From NCBI RefSeq assembly GCF_000014785.1, contig NC_008340.1:2010001-2042000 (forward strand): 32,000 nt of DNA. The letters run 5' to 3'. Shown here in pieces: positions 26,728 to 32,000 of the stretch. The notes beneath the pieces were generated by a model. The model was not told the origin of the DNA and searched no databases. It saw nothing but the letters and a program-made list of their open reading frames with translations. This stretch comes from Alkalilimnicola ehrlichii MLHE-1 (GTDB lineage Bacteria; Pseudomonadota; Gammaproteobacteria; Nitrococcales; Halorhodospiraceae). Every line of letters starts with the position of its first letter. Positions within the stretch are counted from its first letter, which is position 1. Position numbers and translations under genes: made by a program.

Positions 26728-28320
26728 TCAGGCCTGTATGGTCTTACCCCAGTTCCAGGGCAGCAGAGCGTGAACCGCCTGGTTGGTGTCCGCAGCCGGC
26801 AGGCGGGTGAGGACATCTTCCAGATACTCGTAGGGCTCCAGCCCGTTGGCCTTGGCCGTCTCTATCACGCTGTAGATCATCGCGCTGGCCGCCGCGCCCT
26901 GGGTGGTGTGACTGAATAGCCAGTTCTTTCGGCCCACCACGAAGGGTCGGATGGCGTTCTCCGCCGGATTGTTATCCAGCGGGATGCGCCCATCATCGAG
27001 AAAGCGGGTCAGCCGGGACCACTGGCCCTGAAGATAGCGCAGCGCTTTGCCGATGGCGGTCTTCGGCGGCACCTGGGTGATGGACTTCTCCAGCCAGCGC
27101 TGGAGTTTGTCGATCAGCGGCCGGCTCTGGCGCTGACGCAGCACCAGACGAGCCTCCGGGTCCAGGGTTTTGCCTTCGCGCTCGACGCGGTAAAGCTTGC
27201 CGATCAGGCTCAGCGCCCAGTCGGCCTTGCCGGTCTTGCCCTTGGGCTGGACCTTCTGGGCCTCGACAAACTTCCGCCGGGCATGCGCCCAGCAGCCGGC
27301 ATGGGTGATGCCATTCTCCCGCACCACCTGGGCATAGCCCTCGTAGCCGTCGGTGACCAGCACGCCGGCATAGTCGCCGAGCAGGCGCTGGGGGACCCGG
27401 CCGGAGCGGCTGGTGTCGTAGTCGTAGCGCACCACCTGCTCACCGGGCGGGCCACCGCGCTGGACCCACATGTAGGAGGTGCTGGAGGCCGTTCGCCCCG
27501 GCTCGGTGTTCACCTGGACCGTGGTCTCATCCATGTGGATGAGCGGCTGGGCCAGTAGATGGTCCTGCAGGGCCTGCCCCAGCGGGGTGAGCAGCTCGCC
27601 GATGCCCACCATCCAGCGCGCCAGGGTGTTACGCGGCAGCGGGATGCCCTTGCGCTCGAAGCCCTTGGCCTGGCGGTAGAGCGGCAGGCCGAATTCGTAC
27701 TTGGCGGTGGCGATGTAGGCCAGCAATCCGGGGCTGGCCATGCTCCGGGGCAGCGGTTGCGGCGGCATGCTTGCGGTGTGCACGCCTTCTTCGCAGCATC
27801 TGCAGGCGTACTTGCGCCGGATGTGGCGGCGGACCTGCACCCGGGCGGGGATGACATCCAGTTGCTCGGTGACCTCTTCACCGATGCAGGTCAGCTCGCT
27901 GCCGTCATGCGGGCAGTAGCGCTGTGCCTCGGGGATATCGTGCACCACCTCGACCCGCGGCAGTTCCGCGGGCAGCCGCACGCGGCCGCCACGGTTCCGG
28001 CGCTTGGCCGGCACGCTCGGGGCCGTCTCGCCGGCTTGAGCGGCCTCTGCCTCCGGTTCGGTGACCGGTGCATCGGCATACTGCTCGGCCTCGTCGAACT
28101 GCAGTTGCTGCTGATCGACGTGGTAGCGTTCGGTGGAGGGGCCGAAGCGGCTGTCGAGCAGCAGCCGGATCTGCTCGAACATGGAGCGCTCGCGGGCAGC
28201 CCAGTGGGCCTCCTTGGTGGCCAACAGGGCGTCTGTTTCGGCGAGCTTTTTCTCCAGCTCAGCGACCTGCCGCTGTAGGCGGGAGACATCCCTATATGGT
28301 TGAATGGCCGCTGATTTCAT
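26728..28320 (-). CDS. tnpC: IS66 family transposase TnpC
   Basis: 530 aa, YCPHDGSELTCIGEEVTEQLDVIPARVQVRRHIRRKYACRCC..., LIHMDETTVQV..., NNPAENAIRPFVVGRKNWLFSHT, the hallmarks of IS66 TnpC. Confidence 0.97.
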   Translation of the reverse strand: MKSAAIQPYRDVSRLQRQVAELEKKLAETDALLATKEAHWAARERSMFEQIRLLLDSRFGPSTERYHVDQQQLQFDEAEQYADAPVTEPEAEAAQAGETAPSVPAKRRNRGGRVRLPAELPRVEVVHDIPEAQRYCPHDGSELTCIGEEVTEQLDVIPARVQVRRHIRRKYACRCCEEGVHTASMPPQPLPRSMASPGLLAYIATAKYEFGLPLYRQAKGFERKGIPLPRNTLARWMVGIGELLTPLGQALQDHLLAQPLIHMDETTVQVNTEPGRTASSTSYMWVQRGGPPGEQVVRYDYDTSRSGRVPQRLLGDYAGVLVTDGYEGYAQVVRENGITHAGCWAHARRKFVEAQKVQPKGKTGKADWALSLIGKLYRVEREGKTLDPEARLVLRQRQSRPLIDKLQRWLEKSITQVPPKTAIGKALRYLQGQWSRLTRFLDDGRIPLDNNPAENAIRPFVVGRKNWLFSHTTQGAAASAMIYSVIETAKANGLEPYEYLEDVLTRLPAADTNQAVHALLPWNWGKTIQA

Positions 28321-28364
28321 GGACCGATTATAGCAGAATCAGGCCCCCTCCAAAAGCAAAAAGA

Positions 28365-28721
28365 TCAACCAACGGCCTGATAATGCAACGCTTTATGGGG
28401 GCGCATCAGCGCGATGTCGTACCCATCCAGCAGCCAGTTCAGTTCCTGCCCGGAAAGGGTCAGGGTGTCGCCCTGCAGCCGAGCCGGCCACTTGAACCGC
28501 TCCTGCTCCAGGCGCTTGTACCAGAGCACGAAGCCATTGCGCTCCCAGGCGAGGATTTTGACCTTGTCGCGCTGGCGGTTGCAGAAGACGAACACCGCCT
28601 GCTCGAATGGATTGAGCGCCATCGCCTCCTGGACGAGCAGGGAAAGGCCATCGATGGATTTGCGCATATCCACCGGCTCGCGACAGAGATAGACATTGAC
28701 CTGGGTATCGGGCCGGATCAT
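28365..28721 (-). CDS. tnpB: IS66 family accessory protein TnpB
   Basis: VYLCREPVDMRKSIDGLSLLVQEAMALNPFEQAVFVFCNRQRDKVKILAWERNGFVLWYKRLE is the canonical IS66 TnpB sequence. Confidence 0.96.
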   Translation of the reverse strand: MIRPDTQVNVYLCREPVDMRKSIDGLSLLVQEAMALNPFEQAVFVFCNRQRDKVKILAWERNGFVLWYKRLEQERFKWPARLQGDTLTLSGQELNWLLDGYDIALMRPHKALHYQAVG

Positions 28722-28924
28722 GGCTGCACCGCCACGGCCACAAACCGGGCCGGCCGGTGGCGCTGCGGCACCGCAATGCCGAGCGCTGCCAGGTGACGCT
28801 CCCAGCCCAAAAGCTCGGCGAGGCTCAAATCCTGCGCCTGGGCATAATCGCTCAGCGACAGGCCGCAAGCGTGCGCGTGATGCAGATACCCCAACCAACG
28901 GGCGCGCGCTGGTGACAACCACAT
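28718..28924 (-). CDS. tnpA: IS66 accessory protein TnpA-like
   Basis: 68 aa ORF in the correct IS66 position, overlapping the tnpB start by 4 nt. Confidence 0.75.
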   Translation of the reverse strand: MWLSPARARWLGYLHHAHACGLSLSDYAQAQDLSLAELLGWERHLAALGIAVPQRHRPARFVAVAVQP

Positions 28925-29017
28925 GGAACTGACCTCCTCATCTGGATTCGATGGGAGCAGTTTCCCGAATCAGCTCCGGGCGCAACAGATGGGGTTTGTG
29001 GATCGCTTACTTTCCTG

Positions 29018-30430
29018 TTGTATCTAGCCGGGGTGCTGGTGGCGGTGCTGGTGCTGGCTGGGGTCGCGCTGGCACTGCTGTGGCCGGGGGAGCGGCTGGG
29101 CGAGCAGATAGCCGGCGAGATGGAGGCGCAGCTGGGGGTGCCGGTGAGCATCGAGGGCGATGCCACGCTGCGTCTATGGCCGGGGCCGGCCGTGCGCGTG
29201 AGCGACGTTTTGCTCGGGCCGGAACCCGACGCGGATCCGGTGGGGCATCTGGCAGCGGCGCGCCTGTCAGTGCGCTGGCTGCCGTTGCTGCGTGGCCGTC
29301 TGGAGCCGGGCACGTTGCTGCTGGATACCCCGGTGCTGAATCTGGAGCGGGATGCGGCCGGCGCGCTGAACGTCGATTGGCGGCAGGCGGAAGACGCCGA
29401 CGGCCGCGCGCTGGCTCTCGACCTGCGCATCCGTGGAGGCGAATTGCACTGGCGTGACGAGGGCCAGGACCAGACGGTGACGGTCCGCGGCCTTGAGGTG
29501 GATGCGCCTGCAACGGAATGGCGGGTGGCGGCGGATGATGCGCAACCGCTGACGCGGCTGGCCCTGGGAGCCAATGTGTCGGCGGAGCGCGTCGAGGTGG
29601 GCGTGCTGGGGTTTGACGACGTGGCCTTCGGACTGAGCGCGCGCGACGGCGTCATCCGCACCGAGGACTGGGAGATGACCCTGTTCGGCAGCCGCGGCAC
29701 CGGCGAGGCCGAGGCGGATTTCACCGAGGCGCCGCCGCACTGGGTGCTGAACGTGGCGTTCGGTGATCTGCAGCTGGAGTCCTTCCCGGAGGCTTGGTTG
29801 CCAGCCGGGGCCGCTTCCGGCAGTGCGGAGCTGACCGCGTCCTTGACCAGCCAGGGCGAGGACGCGCAGGCGCTGCTGCGCCACCTGCATGGCGAGGTGG
29901 TGCTGAGCGGACACGATCTGCTCATCCGCGGGGTGGATCTGGACGAGGAACTGGCGGCCTACGAGCGGACCCAGCGCTTCAGCCTGGTGGATGCGGCAGC
30001 GGTGGTGCTGGTCGGTCCGGGGTGGCTGGCGGCCACCAAGGGCACCGACTTCGCACGGCTGGCGGGGCGTGCCAACGGCGAGACCGAGATCGTGCAGCTG
30101 CTTTCGGCCTGGCAGATAGAGAATGGCGTGGCGCACTCACGGGACGTGGCATTGGCCACGCCCCGCAACCGCCTGGCCGCGCAGGCCGCACTGGAACTGC
30201 CCGAGCGCCGGATCCGCGAGGCCGAGGTGGCCGTGGTCGATGGCGACGGCTGTGCGCTGATGCGCCAGGAGGTGCATGGCAGCTTCGATGCGCCGGAGAT
30301 CGAGGAGCCGCACTTCCTGGAGGTGCTGCTCGGCGCCCCGCTGGACCTGCTGAAACGCGGGCTGGATGCCCTATCCATCAGCCCGGAGGACTGCGAGGTC
30401 TTCTACGAAGGCGACGTTGCCGCGCCATGA
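29018..30430 (+). pseudogene. AsmA-family protein, interrupted near its 5' end by IS66
   Basis: LYLAGVLVAVLVLAGVALALLWPGERLGEQIAGEMEAQLGVPVSIEGDATLRLWPGPAVRVSDVLLG... is a typical AsmA N-terminus. The native start lies 5' of the IS at 26654. The long remaining frame is intact. Confidence 0.82.
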
Positions 30431-30447
30431 GCGCGGCTGGTTATGCA

Positions 30448-30711
30448 TTATTCGTAGTGGCTCCAGAGCCTCAGAACTTTTACCACCCGATCTTCTTCCA
30501 ATACTTGGTAGACCAGACGATGCTGAATATTGATGCGGCGCGAATAGGCCCCCGCGAGATCCCCAATGAGTTTCTCGAACGGAGGCGGCTTGCGGTAAGG
30601 GTCCTCTGAAATCAGCGCCAACAATTCCTGGGCTTTTGGTTTGAGGCCGCTAGAGGCCAGTTTCTTTGCATCTTTCTGGGCTTGCTTGGTGTAAACCAAC
30701 TTCCATGTCAC
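30448..30711 (-). CDS. yoeB: Txe/YoeB family addiction module toxin
   Basis: MTWKLVYTKQAQKDAKKLASSGLKPKAQELLALISEDPYRKPPPFEKLIGDLAGAYSRRINIQHRLVYQVLEEDRVVKVLRLWSHYE. Confidence 0.95.
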   Translation of the reverse strand: MTWKLVYTKQAQKDAKKLASSGLKPKAQELLALISEDPYRKPPPFEKLIGDLAGAYSRRINIQHRLVYQVLEEDRVVKVLRLWSHYE

Positions 30712-30950
30712 CAGTCCATCTCCTCATCGCATTCGTCCACAGGGGTATCCATCCCCTCACGAATAGACTCCCTCATGCCCGGTACGGAGAGCAGATAAAG
30801 TGTTTCCTGAATCGCAGACCAGTCTTCCTCGGAAACCAAGACGGCTTTGTTCCGCTTACCCGTGATGACGATTGGTTGGTGGGACTCGGCGGTCTCGTCA
30901 ATCAACCGATAAAGGTTGCTGCGCGCCTCAGTTGCTGTGATTCCGGTCAT
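30708..30950 (-). CDS. yefM: YefM/Phd family antitoxin
   Basis: TATEARSNLYRLIDETAESHQPIVITGKRNKAVLVSEEDWSAIQETLYLLSVPGM. It overlaps the toxin start by 4 nt. Confidence 0.95.
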   Translation of the reverse strand: MTGITATEARSNLYRLIDETAESHQPIVITGKRNKAVLVSEEDWSAIQETLYLLSVPGMRESIREGMDTPVDECDEEMDW

Positions 30951-31006
30951 GACGCACCTCTTGCGTGTTCAACTTTTCACCAAGTGTACGCCTTTGGGTA
31001 CGTACG

Positions 31007-31237
31007 TCAAGACGAACGTACTGCATAACGCCCGGCCCCCAGCAGGTCAACCAGATCGGTGTGGCCACGGCCCCGCTGCACGTCCGGCACCCAGTGCAGG
31101 TAGCGCATGGTCGAGTGCAGATCCTTATGCCCCTTGCCTTGCTCGATGCGAAGCTGAGAGCGCTCGCCGTCAATGTCCGTGACCCGCACCGCGACCAGCT
31201 CACTGACCCGTAACCCCTTCGCTCTAACGCCAGCCAT
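31007..31237 (-). pseudogene. Tyrosine recombinase/integrase remnant with internal deletion
   Basis: KGLRVSELVAVRVTDIDGERSQLRIEQGKG (core-domain motif) is joined directly to HKDLHSTMRYLHWVPDVQ (C-terminal LGH...TMRY motif). The intervening catalytic region (HxLRH) is missing. Confidence 0.7.
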
Positions 31238-31284
31238 CAGTTGCGCGACGCAAGGAGCGTCAACTGCATGGCATTGTTATACGC
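31221..31284 (-). repeat. attC-like imperfect hairpin (candidate integron recombination site)
   Basis: The minus strand reads GCGTATAACAATGCCATGCAGTTGACGCTCCTTGCGTCGCGCAACTGATGGCTGGCGTTAGAGC. The arms pair (GCCAT/ATGGC, CAGTTG/CAACTG, GACGC/GCGTC) with unpaired bases on one arm, and the outer boxes resemble TAAC.../...GTTAGA. Confidence 0.4.
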
Positions 31285-31303
31285 TTTCTGCACCCCAAAA
31301 CGC

Positions 31304-32000
31304 CTATCCGCCGCCGGTGCGCTTTTCCTCACGCACTCGCTTAAAAATCTCCTCGGCAAGGTGCTCATGGGCTGCTGAACGAAACTCCTTGTCGGTCATC
31401 ACACGCGAAAATATGTCTTCGTTGTTTTCCATTCGGTCAATGAACAGTTCATCCAGCATTCGCTCCAGAAATGCGGAGAAGTTTGGCAGGTTGTTTGCCC
31501 TTGCCGCTTCAACGATTTTTTCATTTTCCTCGGCGCTCGCGGTGATCTGATCAAAGAACAGTTGGTCGGCTTCGGTAAAGTCTGTGCCAAAACGTTCGTT
31601 TAGCTTTTCGACCAGTGATGATAGCGGCACGGCTTCCTCCTTCACGCCACTAGTGCCGACATCGGTGGGCCCTTTCAGAGGGTAGGCCTCGCCCGTGCCC
31701 AGGTCGATGGAGCCCTCCGTCATTTGTTGCAGGCGGAAATAGCGCAAGGCCACTTCGTCGTCGAGTGCGAAGGCCTGACCATCGCCAGGAGGGGGAAGCT
31801 TGGAAAGTAAGTTGCGGACGAAGGCGTAAAATTTTTCCAGTTCGCTGTCCTGATACGGAATGATCTGAGATAGAAAAGCGTAGAGATTACGGTAGGCGGT
31901 CAACTGGCCGCGAAACTCTTCTTGCTCCGCTTCCTCCCTGTCACTGAAGCGCGCAACCACCGCATCTAACACTGCATTCATTACCCGGTGGTCGGAAGCA
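31304..32000 (-). CDS. hsdR: Type I restriction endonuclease HsdR, C-terminal region (partial, open to right edge)
   Basis: REEAEQEEFRGQLTAYRNLYAFLSQIIPYQDSELEKFYAFVRNLLSKLPP...LRYFRLQQMTEGSIDLGTGEAYPLKGPTDVG...EADQLFFDQI. The frame stays open upstream of the track's ATG at 31981 (ASDHRV-M...) to base 32000. Confidence 0.88.
   Translation of the reverse strand, partial: ASDHRVMNAVLDAVVARFSDREEAEQEEFRGQLTAYRNLYAFLSQIIPYQDSELEKFYAFVRNLLSKLPPPGDGQAFALDDEVALRYFRLQQMTEGSIDLGTGEAYPLKGPTDVGTSGVKEEAVPLSSLVEKLNERFGTDFTEADQLFFDQITASAEENEKIVEAARANNLPNFSAFLERMLDELFIDRMENNEDIFSRVMTDKEFRSAAHEHLAEEIFKRVREEKRTGGG

Larger units (their letters stand above)
26691..29010 (-). mobile_element. Complete IS66-family insertion sequence, 2320 bp
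   Basis: Left end GTAAGCGGTCCACCCCGCCCACC, right end (minus strand) GTAAGCGATCCACAAACCCCATC, flanked by 8-bp direct repeats TTTCCTGT (26683-26690 and 29011-29018). It contains tnpA, tnpB and tnpC. Confidence 0.96.

Noticed and set aside
28852-29925. 357-aa minus-strand ORF spanning the IS66 right end
   Set aside because: It crosses the IS boundary and lies antisense to the AsmA-like frame. Its low-complexity Ser/Pro/Arg composition is typical of a shadow ORF.
30916-31213. Plus/minus small ORFs (89-91 aa) around the recombinase remnant
   Set aside because: They overlap the recombinase remnant in other frames and show no recognisable motif.

Overview
This is a GC-rich, gammaproteobacterial-looking window. 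It has four main parts. (1) On the minus strand at about 1-4144 is the edge of an extracellular contractile injection system (eCIS) or phage-tail-like locus: sheath, tube, a zinc-ribbon T4-type baseplate protein, a disordered Pro/Ser-rich protein and a partial DUF4255/Pvc16-like ORF that runs off the left edge. (2) At about 4.6-24.7 kb is a mostly ordinary chromosomal stretch: UbiA family, TauE/SafE, two patatins, an M15-like peptidoglycan peptidase, a tandem alpha/beta hydrolase, rnk, DUF547, GntP permease, avtA, ClC+CBS, an orphan periplasmic binding protein, a fatty acid desaturase, GNAT, ArsR with a His-rich metal-binding protein, a GFA protein and DUF302. (3) At about 24.8-30.4 kb is a decaying region. 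It contains an MsrB-MsrA fusion whose MsrA half lacks its centre and a collapsed response regulator/histidine kinase pair. Next to these is a complete IS66 element (26691-29010, 8-bp target duplication TTTCCTGT) sitting inside an asmA-like gene. (4) At about 30.4-32 kb is accessory material: YoeB/YefM toxin-antitoxin, a tyrosine-recombinase remnant, an attC-like hairpin and the C-terminal part of a type I restriction HsdR that runs off the right edge. I found no clearly new defence system. The most notable items are the tandem double hydrolase with a membrane tail, the ClC lacking its gating glutamate, the exactly resolvable IS66 insertion, the cluster of internally deleted genes and the attC-like structure. 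All family calls come from motif recognition in the supplied sequence; no database search was run.
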